Shown here piece after piece: positions 46,728-55,875 of a stretch of 64,000 nt of DNA (positions are counted from its first letter, which is position 1; each line of letters opens with the position of its first letter). The notes under the pieces were generated by a model. It made no database searches. It was not told the DNA's origin and saw nothing but the letters and a program-made list of their open reading frames with translations. Source of the DNA: Bacteroidales bacterium. GTDB lineage: Bacteria; Bacteroidota; Bacteroidia; Bacteroidales; UBA932. The translations under genes and the position numbers were made by a program. The stretch spans positions 18,940 through 82,939 of the forward strand of contig JAFSMS010000017.1 of assembly GCA_017447815.1 (NCBI GenBank), in the 5' to 3' direction.

Positions 46728-49700
46728 ATCGGCCTGCCGATAGTCTCCTGTTCCCGGAATCCATCCGATTCCGGGACGCTTGCCAGGCAGTTTCAGCAGC
46801 CGCCCATGGAATACAGGCCCTATGTCTGGTGGCACTGGATGGGTCCCAATTTCTCCAAAGAAGGCATAAGGGCCGATCTGGAAGCCATGGCCGAGGCCGG
46901 CATTGGCGGGGCCACCATCTTTAACATCGCATCGGCCGTTCAAGAGACGCACCATCCCATCGGGAACAACCCTTGGCCGGAGCAGACCTACCGGAGCGAG
47001 GCCTATTGGGAGGCGTTGGAATATGCCGCCGAGGTGGCTCAGGAACTTGGGTTGAAGATAGGCCTGCACAACAGTCCCGGCTACAGTACCACCGGCGGGC
47101 CCTGGATTGACGAGGAGAAGGGGATGCAGACGGTGGTCCATAGCGTTACCGCCGTCAGGGGCGGGGGAGAAGTGCGGCAGATGCTGCCCCGTCCGGAACT
47201 TCCGGTCTATGGCGGCTGGGGCGCTACGGGCCGCCGCGCTACGTTCTACCGGGACATCGCCGTGATAGCGGTTCCGGACAAGCCCGGCGCTGCCGTTGAA
47301 GAAGTATTGGATCTGAGTGCGCAGATGGATAGCACGGGGCTGCTTGCCTGGAATGCTCCTGCCGGCCGCTGGAAAGTGTACCGGATAGGCCATGCGCCCA
47401 CCCTTTCCAATCCGCATCCGCTTCCGGACAACCTGATCGGAAAAGCCCTGGAGGCCGACAAGATGAGCGCCGAGGTATCGGCCTACCATTGGGACCAGGT
47501 GCTGGAGCCCTTGGAAGAGCACCTGGGAAAGTACTTCGGGAAATCCTTCACGCATTTACTCATAGACAGTTACGAGGCCGGGGAGCAGAATTGGACCCCC
47601 GGTTTCCGGGAATATTTCAAAGGGGTCTGCGGTTATGATCCGCTGCCCTGTATGGCGCTTCGGGAGGCAGACCCTCAGAACCCGCGCAATGCGGCTTTCG
47701 AGGAAGACTGGCGCATCCTCATCCAGCGCCGCTTCCTGCAGGACGGATGGCAGGTGGCCCGCGACAAAGTGCACGAAAAAGGCCTTCTGCTTTTCTGGGA
47801 GCCTTATTGGGGCCCCTTCAGCACCACCGAGTCGGTATTTGTGGCCGACGTTCCCATGGGCGAATTCTGGACGGGCGGCAGCGGCCGCATCATGGAAGCC
47901 ATCGTGGACAAGGCCAGGGAATACGGCAAGCCCATCGTGGGGGCCGAAGCTTTCACCGGCCGTCCGGAAGTGAGCCACTACACGGAAGACCCAGCCTTCC
48001 TCAAGCATTCGGCCGACGGGGCCTTTGTCTCCGGCGCGAACCGCCTCTTCCTGCACCACTGGGTGCACCAGCCCTTCGACGACCGTTACCAGCCCGGAAT
48101 GGGAATGGGATGGTGGGGCACGCACTTCAGCCGCCACCAGACTTGGTTCAAGCCCGGTAAGGCATTCTTTACCTACCTCTCCCGCTGCCAGATGCTTCTT
48201 CAGCAGGGCACCCTGGGAGAACGTTCGGAGAATTGGATCCAGCGGAAAACGGACGGGGCCGACATTTACTTTGTCATCAACCCGGAAGATACTCCTCGGG
48301 CGGTGACCCTCCCTTCCGGCCCTCAGCCGACCGAACTATGGGACCCTTACCACGGAACCATCCGCGCAGCCGCTCCGGCCGATTCCGTCCGCCTCACACT
48401 GGATCCCGGGCAGTCCCTCTTCGTGGTCCTTCCCAAGGAGCCCACGCGCTACAAGAAAGAGAAGATACAGGAAGGAACTTTGCTGGAAACCCGGGATCTG
48501 GGGAAGGTCTGGGACGTTTCCTTTGCCCCCAAGCTGGATGTTCCCTTCACCCTTAATCCTTTCATCCTGAAAGATTTCAGCGAATGTGAAGAGCCCTATC
48601 TCAAGTATTTTTCCGGCACGGCCACCTATTCGGGTACTTTCTTCTGGGCCCGGGAAGACGCCCGCGTATGGCTGAACCTCGGGGAAATGAACGACATCGC
48701 GGAGGTCACGGTGAACGGAAGCCCTGCGGGCGTTCTCTGGTATCCTCCCTTCCGGGCCGATATCACCCCCTTCCTGAAACAGGGTGAGAATCACCTGGAG
48801 ATCGCCGTCACCAACAACTGGGCCAACCGGCTCATCGGCGACGAACAGTTCGAGCCCGACTTCGAATGGGGAGAAGACCGCGGTCCGGCCATGGGACGTG
48901 CCATGAAAGCTTTCCCGGAGTGGTTCCTTAAAGGGGTGCCGCGTCCGTCCAAGGACCGGAAAGGTTTTGTAATCTGGTCTTATTTCCGGGCCGATTCCCC
49001 GCTTCAGCCCGCCGGCCTCGTGGGTCCCGTGGAACTGGAAATCTATTCCTCAGCGGCAGGCGCCCGAAATCTGGTGCCGGAGAAGCCCTCTTCCGCGCCC
49101 GATTATCTTTGTACCTGGAATCTGCAGTGCTATCGTTCCAATCAGGACGGTCCCGTGAAAAACCGGGCCGAGATGGTGGAGGAGAACTTCTTCGGAGACG
49201 GACCCTATCAGGGATGGGCTTCCCTTTATCCGGCCATCCGGGAAGACCTCTTCCTGGTCCTGGACGATTCCTGGGACATTCCTCGGGACATGAACGAGCG
49301 GGGTGGGAATCCTTATTTCGGAACCGTGCGGCTGGACACTACTCGTTTCCCTTCTTTCAAAGGGGAACCGGCGCAGCGCCTGAAAGCACTCTCCGACCGC
49401 TTCACCGGCTTGGGCTGGAAGGGCCTCGGAGGCTGGATTTGTGCGGAGAAAGCCGGCACTTCCCCGGAGGTTCCGGACAGCGTTTACTGGCCGCAGCGGC
49501 TTCGGGAAGCGCAGGAAGCGGGAATTCGCTACTGGAAAGTGGACTGGGGGAAGAACCAGGGAAGCGGGGAGTGGAGAAAGCAGCTCACCCGGTGGGGCCG
49601 GGAATATGCTCCCGAGCTGATTATCGAGCACGCCATGAATCCGGAATTCATCGCCTTCAGCGACACATACCGCACTTATGATGTGGAAAACATTACCGCA

Positions 49701-50507
49701 CAGACGGTTACCATAGACCGGGTGGCCCAGTATCTCCGGTATTCCCCTGAAGCTCCGGCCCAGGGTATCATCAACTGTGAGGACGAGCCCTATATCGCAG
49801 CCGGCCTCGGCTGTGCCATCGGCATCATGCGCCATCCCTTTGTGGGAGCCCTTCCTTCCGGTCGGGCCGATATCGGCTTTCCCACCAGCGGGCGCAATCT
49901 CAAATGCCGCCTGGACGAGGTGGTCCGCGGCGTTCGCTGGCACCGCATCGCCCTCCCGTTTGCTTCTGACGGCGTTTCCTTCGCGGTGGACCCCGTCATC
50001 CTGGAGGACGGCTGGATTTATGCTTTCGATGAAAGTTGGATTCGGCATGAAGTGGGAGACACCGTCCGTGTATCGGCCCCGGCCCGCGTGAGCCGGAATA
50101 TGTCGCTTCCAAAGGTGGGCTCCGAGGACCCCGCCCGTCCTTTCGTCCTTTCAAGCCGGTACCCTGGCGGTGCCGTCGCCGTGGCTACGGTAGGCCGTTC
50201 GCTGGGCCGCGAATATGTGCTCCAGGAAGTCCCCGTAGAGGTGGAAGTCCCCTCTACAGCGTCTCCGGTGGGCGTTTTTGGCCGCTATGGCTCTCTTACG
50301 CTCACTTATCCCGCACCCCTTGGAGGTGTGCGGGTCTTAGCCCAGGATCTCGCCGGAAAAGAAGCCGTGGATATCACCGGAAGGGTAACGGTGGAGGGGA
50401 ACCGCCTGACAATCCCCGGCGCCGTGATTTCCGAAATCGGCCTTATGGCGGCCACGGAAGGCGATGTCTCCGACCCCGGCCTGGTACTGAAACTTTTTGC
50501 CCGGTGA
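46650..50507 (+). CDS. GH106-like rhamnosidase fused to an unassigned (clan GH-D-like) domain; lipoprotein
   Basis: RPYVWWHW, DLEAMAEAGIGG, PGYSTTGGPW, IDSYEAG, GEFW, AEAFT, AGLVGPV; second domain from about 49068. True start may be TTG at 46686. Confidence 0.82.
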   Translation: MRIRLVRIAQAILRKTLVVSCLCSMAIGLPIVSCSRNPSDSGTLARQFQQPPMEYRPYVWWHWMGPNFSKEGIRADLEAMAEAGIGGATIFNIASAVQETHHPIGNNPWPEQTYRSEAYWEALEYAAEVAQELGLKIGLHNSPGYSTTGGPWIDEEKGMQTVVHSVTAVRGGGEVRQMLPRPELPVYGGWGATGRRATFYRDIAVIAVPDKPGAAVEEVLDLSAQMDSTGLLAWNAPAGRWKVYRIGHAPTLSNPHPLPDNLIGKALEADKMSAEVSAYHWDQVLEPLEEHLGKYFGKSFTHLLIDSYEAGEQNWTPGFREYFKGVCGYDPLPCMALREADPQNPRNAAFEEDWRILIQRRFLQDGWQVARDKVHEKGLLLFWEPYWGPFSTTESVFVADVPMGEFWTGGSGRIMEAIVDKAREYGKPIVGAEAFTGRPEVSHYTEDPAFLKHSADGAFVSGANRLFLHHWVHQPFDDRYQPGMGMGWWGTHFSRHQTWFKPGKAFFTYLSRCQMLLQQGTLGERSENWIQRKTDGADIYFVINPEDTPRAVTLPSGPQPTELWDPYHGTIRAAAPADSVRLTLDPGQSLFVVLPKEPTRYKKEKIQEGTLLETRDLGKVWDVSFAPKLDVPFTLNPFILKDFSECEEPYLKYFSGTATYSGTFFWAREDARVWLNLGEMNDIAEVTVNGSPAGVLWYPPFRADITPFLKQGENHLEIAVTNNWANRLIGDEQFEPDFEWGEDRGPAMGRAMKAFPEWFLKGVPRPSKDRKGFVIWSYFRADSPLQPAGLVGPVELEIYSSAAGARNLVPEKPSSAPDYLCTWNLQCYRSNQDGPVKNRAEMVEENFFGDGPYQGWASLYPAIREDLFLVLDDSWDIPRDMNERGGNPYFGTVRLDTTRFPSFKGEPAQRLKALSDRFTGLGWKGLGGWICAEKAGTSPEVPDSVYWPQRLREAQEAGIRYWKVDWGKNQGSGEWRKQLTRWGREYAPELIIEHAMNPEFIAFSDTYRTYDVENITAQTVTIDRVAQYLRYSPEAPAQGIINCEDEPYIAAGLGCAIGIMRHPFVGALPSGRADIGFPTSGRNLKCRLDEVVRGVRWHRIALPFASDGVSFAVDPVILEDGWIYAFDESWIRHEVGDTVRVSAPARVSRNMSLPKVGSEDPARPFVLSSRYPGGAVAVATVGRSLGREYVLQEVPVEVEVPSTASPVGVFGRYGSLTLTYPAPLGGVRVLAQDLAGKEAVDITGRVTVEGNRLTIPGAVISEIGLMAATEGDVSDPGLVLKLFAR

Positions 50508-50565
50508 CCGTTTGCCTTATTGCCCGGTGCTGTGTTACCATATTGCAAAAAAGGCAAAAAAAGGG

Positions 50566-50573
50566 TAATTTTG
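50566..50573 (+). promoter_or_regulatory. -7 element, internal PUL promoter
   Basis: TAATTTTG followed by TA, 20 bp before the ATG at 50593. Confidence 0.55.
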
Positions 50574-50592
50574 TATGGATATGATTTCGCCT

Positions 50593-51756
50593 ATGAAAAA
50601 GGTTCTTTTTGCTTTTTTGCTATTGCTGGGCACCCTTTCGCTCCAAGCCCAGCATTATGATGTTGCCGCCTATCTTTATCCTGCCTATGCGGCGGGAGAT
50701 CCGCGTCTGAGGCCTTTCTGGCCCATGGGAATGGGAGAATGGGAAACCGTTCTCACCATGCAGAAGCGTTTTCCCGGCCACGCATGGGACCGGCATCCGC
50801 TCTGGGGCTATATCAACGAGGCAGACCCTGCCGTGATGGAAATGGAGATTGACCAGGCCACTTCGCACGGGGTGAATGTCTTCATTTTCGACTGGTACTG
50901 GCTGGACGGCCGCCCCTGGATGGAAACCACTCTCACGGAGGGTTTCCTGAAAGCCCGCAACCGGGACAAGATGCAGTTCTACCTCATGTGGGCCAACCAC
51001 AACGTAGGGAACGACTGGGACACCCGTATTTCCGGGCACCAGGAGGGGAACATCATTTACCGCGGGGGAGTGAACCGCGGGGAGTTCGAGAAAATCTGCA
51101 AGCGGAACATAGAACTGTTTTTCAAGCAGCCCAATTACTACAAGATTGACGGCAAGCCGGTGTTCATGATTTACGAGGTGAGCACCTTCATCGAGGGAAT
51201 CGGAGGCGTGGAAGCCGCTAAGGATGCCCTGGCCTGGTTCCGTGGGGAGGTGAAAAAGGCCGGTTTCCCGGACCTGGAACTCCAGTTCACCATGTGGGAC
51301 AGCCAGTTCAACTACAGCGGCGTGGATGAGGCCAAGGTAAAGGCCGGCCGGCCCCGGGACAAATTCATCCGGGACCTGGGCTTCAACAGCATGTCCCACT
51401 ACCAGTTCTGTCACTTCATCTGGATGGACGACGATTACCAGAACATCCTGAACCGCGCCTACCAGGAATGGGACAAACTGGAGGCGGAGTTCACCATTCC
51501 GTATTATCCGCATGTCTCCATCGGCTGGGACAACAGCCCCCGCTTCGGGGACAGCGCCGTGGTGAAGGAAAACACGCCGGAGCGCTTTGAAGAGGCCCTG
51601 CGCCGGGCCAAGGCCTGGCTGGACGCCCGCCCCAAGATGCACAAACTCATCACCATCAACTCCTGGAACGAATGGACGGAGACCAGCTATCTCCAGCCGG
51701 ACGACGTGTATGGCTATGGCTATCTGGAGGCCGTGAAACACGTTTTCAAACAATAG
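50593..51756 (+). CDS. GH99-like / WbsX-like secreted protein
   Basis: Signal peptide; PLWGY, HGVNVFIFDWYW, LMWANH, YYKIDGKPVF, GWDNSPR, INSWNEWTETSYLQPD..YG..YLEA. Confidence 0.82.
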   Translation: MKKVLFAFLLLLGTLSLQAQHYDVAAYLYPAYAAGDPRLRPFWPMGMGEWETVLTMQKRFPGHAWDRHPLWGYINEADPAVMEMEIDQATSHGVNVFIFDWYWLDGRPWMETTLTEGFLKARNRDKMQFYLMWANHNVGNDWDTRISGHQEGNIIYRGGVNRGEFEKICKRNIELFFKQPNYYKIDGKPVFMIYEVSTFIEGIGGVEAAKDALAWFRGEVKKAGFPDLELQFTMWDSQFNYSGVDEAKVKAGRPRDKFIRDLGFNSMSHYQFCHFIWMDDDYQNILNRAYQEWDKLEAEFTIPYYPHVSIGWDNSPRFGDSAVVKENTPERFEEALRRAKAWLDARPKMHKLITINSWNEWTETSYLQPDDVYGYGYLEAVKHVFKQ

Positions 51757-51769
51757 AACCCTTATCAGA

Positions 51770-52795
51770 ATGGACAGAAGAGATTTCATAAAAGTGTCCG
51801 GAACGGCGGCCGCCGGGCTGGCTCTTACGGGCTGCGGCCCCCGGACGGGAGAGACCCCCGTTCCCGTTTTGCCGCCGGTGGATCCTTCCCGGATTGTCCG
51901 TGATGTGGAGCGGCTGGAGCCGCTGTACGTCAAGGAGATTCATGTGAAAGTGGGTGCTTCCAAGCCCTTCGGTGTGCTCCACGTTTCCGACACGCATATT
52001 GCCCGGGCCGACAATCGGGACGATGAGCGGAAGATAAAACTGGCCGCGTCCCGTTCTTGCGGAATGACCTACGGAGAGCATTATCTGGACGAAGCCATCC
52101 GCTATGCACGGGACAAAGGCTTGTATATGATGCACACCGGAGACATGTACGACTTTGTCTCCGAAGCCAACCTGGACTGCTGTGCACATCATATGCTGGA
52201 GGCCGACTGGTTTGTCTGCGCCGGCAACCACGAGTATTCCAAATATGTGGGAGAGGCGAAGGAAGACGAGGCCTATAAGAACGACAGCCGGGAAGCCGTG
52301 CAGGGCGCCTATCCCAATGACCTCACTTTTGCCAGCCGGGTGATCAATGGAGTCAATTTTGTGGCCCTGGACGATGTGTATTACAATTTTACGGAAGCGC
52401 AGCACGCCCTGATGCAGAAGGAAATGCAGAAGGGCCTTCCCGTTGTGATGTTGTGCCACGTGCCTTTGTACACTCCCCAGGCCCTGGCCGATGAACTGTC
52501 CTTTACTAACGGCAATTGCGGCTATCTGACGGGTGTCCCGGAGGAAATCACCTCCCAGTATGACCCGGGCGTCACTTATCCCGCCGGGGAGGAATGGCGA
52601 TACCGCAAAGTCCAGCAGCACTCCGACAAACCCACGCTCGATTTCATTGCCTGGCTCAAGGAACAGTCTCTCCTGAAAACCATCCTCTGCGGGCATTGCC
52701 ACCGCTTTTACGAAGAGCGCTTTTCTCCTTCCGCCATGCTTTATGCCGTGGACGCAACCTATCACGGAGGAGCCCAGGCCGTTTACTTTGAATAG
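51770..52795 (+). CDS. Calcineurin-like metallophosphoesterase with twin-arginine lipoprotein signal
   Basis: MDRRDFIK...LTGC; SDTH, TGDMYD, GNHE, CHVP, GHCH. Confidence 0.88.
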   Translation: MDRRDFIKVSGTAAAGLALTGCGPRTGETPVPVLPPVDPSRIVRDVERLEPLYVKEIHVKVGASKPFGVLHVSDTHIARADNRDDERKIKLAASRSCGMTYGEHYLDEAIRYARDKGLYMMHTGDMYDFVSEANLDCCAHHMLEADWFVCAGNHEYSKYVGEAKEDEAYKNDSREAVQGAYPNDLTFASRVINGVNFVALDDVYYNFTEAQHALMQKEMQKGLPVVMLCHVPLYTPQALADELSFTNGNCGYLTGVPEEITSQYDPGVTYPAGEEWRYRKVQQHSDKPTLDFIAWLKEQSLLKTILCGHCHRFYEERFSPSAMLYAVDATYHGGAQAVYFE

Positions 52796-52806
52796 CCCGT
52801 CTGCCC

Positions 52807-54201
52807 ATGAAAAAGTTTTCATCCCTGCTTGTCGGCCTGGCCTTTTTGGCCGCCTGCGCCCCGAAATCGGAACTCCGGGAACCGCTTGTTAAACTCCATG
52901 AAGGCCGCGAAGCGGTTGCGGCCGGGGAATTCGGTTACAACCCCATCTGCCCGATGGGCGTGTATATGGCAGATCCCAGCGCCAAGGTCATGGGCGGTAA
53001 ACTGTACGTGGCCTGTTCGCTGGACCTGGGCTTGGACCAGTGGTGCTCGGCCTATCACCATCTCCTCTCCACGGAGGACCTGAAGCATTGGACGCTGCAC
53101 ACCAACGTACTGGCCACCAAAGGCCCTTATGACGCGGTCTCCTACAGCGATGCCGATTTGTATGCCCCCGACATCGTCGAAAAGGACGGAAAGTACTATA
53201 TGTACTACGACCTCTCGGAATGGACGGAGGGCGTCGCGGTGGCAGATTCTCCCGCCGGACCGTACCGGGACGGCGTGCAGATTGGCGATATCCGGGGCAT
53301 CGACCCGTGCGTGTTCATCGACGATGACGGACAGGCCTATTATTTCTGGGACCAGTTCAGCGCCCGGGGGGCCAAGCTCAACGACGATATGGTCACGCTG
53401 GACATGTCCACCCTGCACGAAGGCCTTGTTACGGAAGACGAGCATTTCTTCCACGAGGGCAGTTTCGTCTTCAAGCGTGACGGCTGGTATTACTATGTGT
53501 ATGCCGATGTGAGCCGTCAGGACATGCCCACCTGCATCGGCTATTCCATGTCCCGGAACGTCTTCGGCCCCTACGAATACAAGGGCGTGATTGTGGACAG
53601 CGGCGGCTGTGACCCCGATGTATGGAACAACCACGGTTCCGTGGTGGAGTTTAACGGGCAGTGGTATGTGCTGTACCACCGTTCCACCCACCACTCAAGC
53701 AAGCTCCGCAAGGCTTGCATCGAGCCCATCACCTTCAACGAGGACGGCACCATCAATGAGGTGGAAATGACCTCCCAGGGGGCTGGAGGCCCCATCCCGG
53801 CGAAGAGTACCATCGACGCTGCAAGAGCATGCCTGTTCAATGGCGGCCCGCATGTACACCTGATGGAAGGCCGTAGCGACCGCGAGGTTATCGCCGGCGT
53901 CCTGGACGGCAGCAAGGCTGCCTGGAAATATTTTGACTTCCCCTCCGGGCTCAAAAAGTTCATCATCCGGGTGCGCGCCCTTGCCGGCGGTCACATCAAT
54001 GTCCACCAGGACCAGACCTTCCACGGGGTGATAGCCTCGGTGGACGTTCCGGCCGGGAAGGGAGAATGGATTACCCTGGAATGCGATGTGGAGGATGTCA
54101 AGGAAGGCCCTCAGGCTCTCTGGCTCACCTTCTCGGGAGACTGGGGCTCCTGGAGGAGTCCGATTGAACTCTTTGAGATAGACTGGTTCCGCTTTGAATA
54201 A
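52807..54201 (+). CDS. GH43 lipoprotein with C-terminal CBM6-like domain
   Basis: ADPSA, LYAPD, IDPCVFIDDDGQAY, FHEG, NNHGS; beta-sandwich tail ending IDWFRF. Confidence 0.88.
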   Translation: MKKFSSLLVGLAFLAACAPKSELREPLVKLHEGREAVAAGEFGYNPICPMGVYMADPSAKVMGGKLYVACSLDLGLDQWCSAYHHLLSTEDLKHWTLHTNVLATKGPYDAVSYSDADLYAPDIVEKDGKYYMYYDLSEWTEGVAVADSPAGPYRDGVQIGDIRGIDPCVFIDDDGQAYYFWDQFSARGAKLNDDMVTLDMSTLHEGLVTEDEHFFHEGSFVFKRDGWYYYVYADVSRQDMPTCIGYSMSRNVFGPYEYKGVIVDSGGCDPDVWNNHGSVVEFNGQWYVLYHRSTHHSSKLRKACIEPITFNEDGTINEVEMTSQGAGGPIPAKSTIDAARACLFNGGPHVHLMEGRSDREVIAGVLDGSKAAWKYFDFPSGLKKFIIRVRALAGGHINVHQDQTFHGVIASVDVPAGKGEWITLECDVEDVKEGPQALWLTFSGDWGSWRSPIELFEIDWFRFE

Positions 54202-54211
54202 TTGTAAAAAT

Positions 54212-55762
54212 ATGAGAAACCTTTTCCTGATGCTTCTTGCCTTTCTGGCCGCCTCTTGCATCCGGCGGCAGCCCGCCGTGGTGCCGGCCTGGCAGGAGGG
54301 ATGGGGTGACCAGGGCAACGGAACGTATATCAATCCCGTCCTGAATGCCGATTTCTCGGATCCGGACGCTATCCGGGTAGGGGATACCTACTATATGGTG
54401 GCATCCGATTTCCATTTTCTGGGCATGCAAATCCTGCAGTCCAAGGATTTGGTGAATTGGGAGTACCTCACCCACTTGTATTCCCGTTTTGACTATCCCG
54501 GCTGGGAAACCAACGAGCGTTATTCCGGGGGCTCCTGGGCGCCCAGCATCCGCTATCATGACGGTCTCTTTTATGTCTATTTCTGCACGCCGGATGAAGG
54601 CCTCTTCATGACCAGCGCCCCCACACCGGAAGGCCCTTGGGCCCCGCTCCACTGCGTAAAGGAAGTGTGGCACTGGGAAGACCCCTGTCCTTTCTGGGAC
54701 GAAGACGGGCAGGCCTATCTGGGACACAGCGTATGGGGTGCCGGCCCTATCATTCTCCACAAGATGTCTCCCGACGGGAAACAGCTTCTGGACGAGGGCG
54801 AAGTGGTGTACCGCGGCCCGGTGGCCGAGGGGACCAAGATTCATAAGATGAACGGATACTACTATCTGAGCATCCCCGAAGGCGGCGTCGGCGGCGGTGT
54901 ACAGGTGATTCTCCGCTCCACTTCCCTCTATGGCCCGTATGAGAAGCGGGTGGTGCTGGAGCAGGGTTCTACTCCGATCAACGGCCCGCATCAGGGAGCC
55001 ATTGTGGATACCCCCGAAGGGGAGTGGTGGTTCCTCCACTTCCAGGATACGCCCGTGCTGGGCCGTGTGGTCCATCTGCAGCCCATGCATTGGCAGGAAG
55101 ACTGGCCTGTGATGGGCGTGGACATCGACCGGAACGGGATTGGAGAGCCGGTTTACTGCTGGAAAAAGCCGGCCGGTCTTAAGACGGCTCCCTCCTACCC
55201 GGCCACGTCGGACGATTTTTCCGCTCCTACCCTCGGTGCCCAGTGGCAGTTCAACCACAACCCGGTTCCGGAAGGGTGGTCCCTTACGGAGAACCCCGGG
55301 AAGCTTACCTGTCACGCCCTGAAGGCTTCCTCGTTCCGGGATGCCCGCAATACCCTGAGCCAGAAGCTCTTTGGCTACAAGGGAACCGTGACGGTGAAAC
55401 TGGATACCCGCCATTTCGAGGAAGGCTGCCGGGCGGGCCTCTCCGTCATGGGCTCGGTCATGCCCACCCTGGGCGTCAAGTTGGAAGGAGGCCGGCGCAG
55501 CCTTTATCTGGCGGCCGACGACGGGACGGAGTCCACCGTCCAGGCCCTCAAGGGCCATTCGGCCTTCCTCCGCTTCACCTATGACGCTCCGGCCGAATCC
55601 TTCCGGTTCTATTACTCCCCGGACGGAAAGGCCTTCCAACCGGTTGGAGAGCCCTTCGGCTGTTACAGGGCCAATTGGAAAGGTGTGCGACCCGCCATCT
55701 ATTCCTTCAATGTAAACGATGATGGCGGTTCGGCTGTGTTTGATGATTTTACCGTTCAATGA
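54212..55762 (+). CDS. GH43 beta-xylosidase/arabinofuranosidase-like enzyme with C-terminal beta-sandwich
   Basis: NPVLNADFSDPD, WAPSIRYHDG, EDPCPFWDEDG, AEGTK, PHQG, WQFNHNP. Confidence 0.9.
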   Translation: MRNLFLMLLAFLAASCIRRQPAVVPAWQEGWGDQGNGTYINPVLNADFSDPDAIRVGDTYYMVASDFHFLGMQILQSKDLVNWEYLTHLYSRFDYPGWETNERYSGGSWAPSIRYHDGLFYVYFCTPDEGLFMTSAPTPEGPWAPLHCVKEVWHWEDPCPFWDEDGQAYLGHSVWGAGPIILHKMSPDGKQLLDEGEVVYRGPVAEGTKIHKMNGYYYLSIPEGGVGGGVQVILRSTSLYGPYEKRVVLEQGSTPINGPHQGAIVDTPEGEWWFLHFQDTPVLGRVVHLQPMHWQEDWPVMGVDIDRNGIGEPVYCWKKPAGLKTAPSYPATSDDFSAPTLGAQWQFNHNPVPEGWSLTENPGKLTCHALKASSFRDARNTLSQKLFGYKGTVTVKLDTRHFEEGCRAGLSVMGSVMPTLGVKLEGGRRSLYLAADDGTESTVQALKGHSAFLRFTYDAPAESFRFYYSPDGKAFQPVGEPFGCYRANWKGVRPAIYSFNVNDDGGSAVFDDFTVQ

Positions 55763-55763
55763 A

Positions 55764-55875
55764 GCGTAGAATATAAATAGTTGATAATTAATTATTTATG
55801 AAATGTAGCTTAGCCTGGTTTACCTGCACGATTTTGCGCAAATTGCTCATTGTCAGTTGCTTGTGCTCTACGGCC
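55764..55875 (+). repeat. 112-bp module, copy B
   Basis: 78/112 identical to 46616..46727 without gaps; the palindrome TAAATAGTTGATAATTAATTATTTA (55774-55798) is 20/25 self-complementary. Confidence 0.85.

Noticed and set aside
50511-50558. TTTGCCTT...AAGGCAAA inverted repeat after the GH106 fusion as a terminator
   Set aside because: Long loop and followed by an A-run rather than a U-run on the coding strand; too weak to call.
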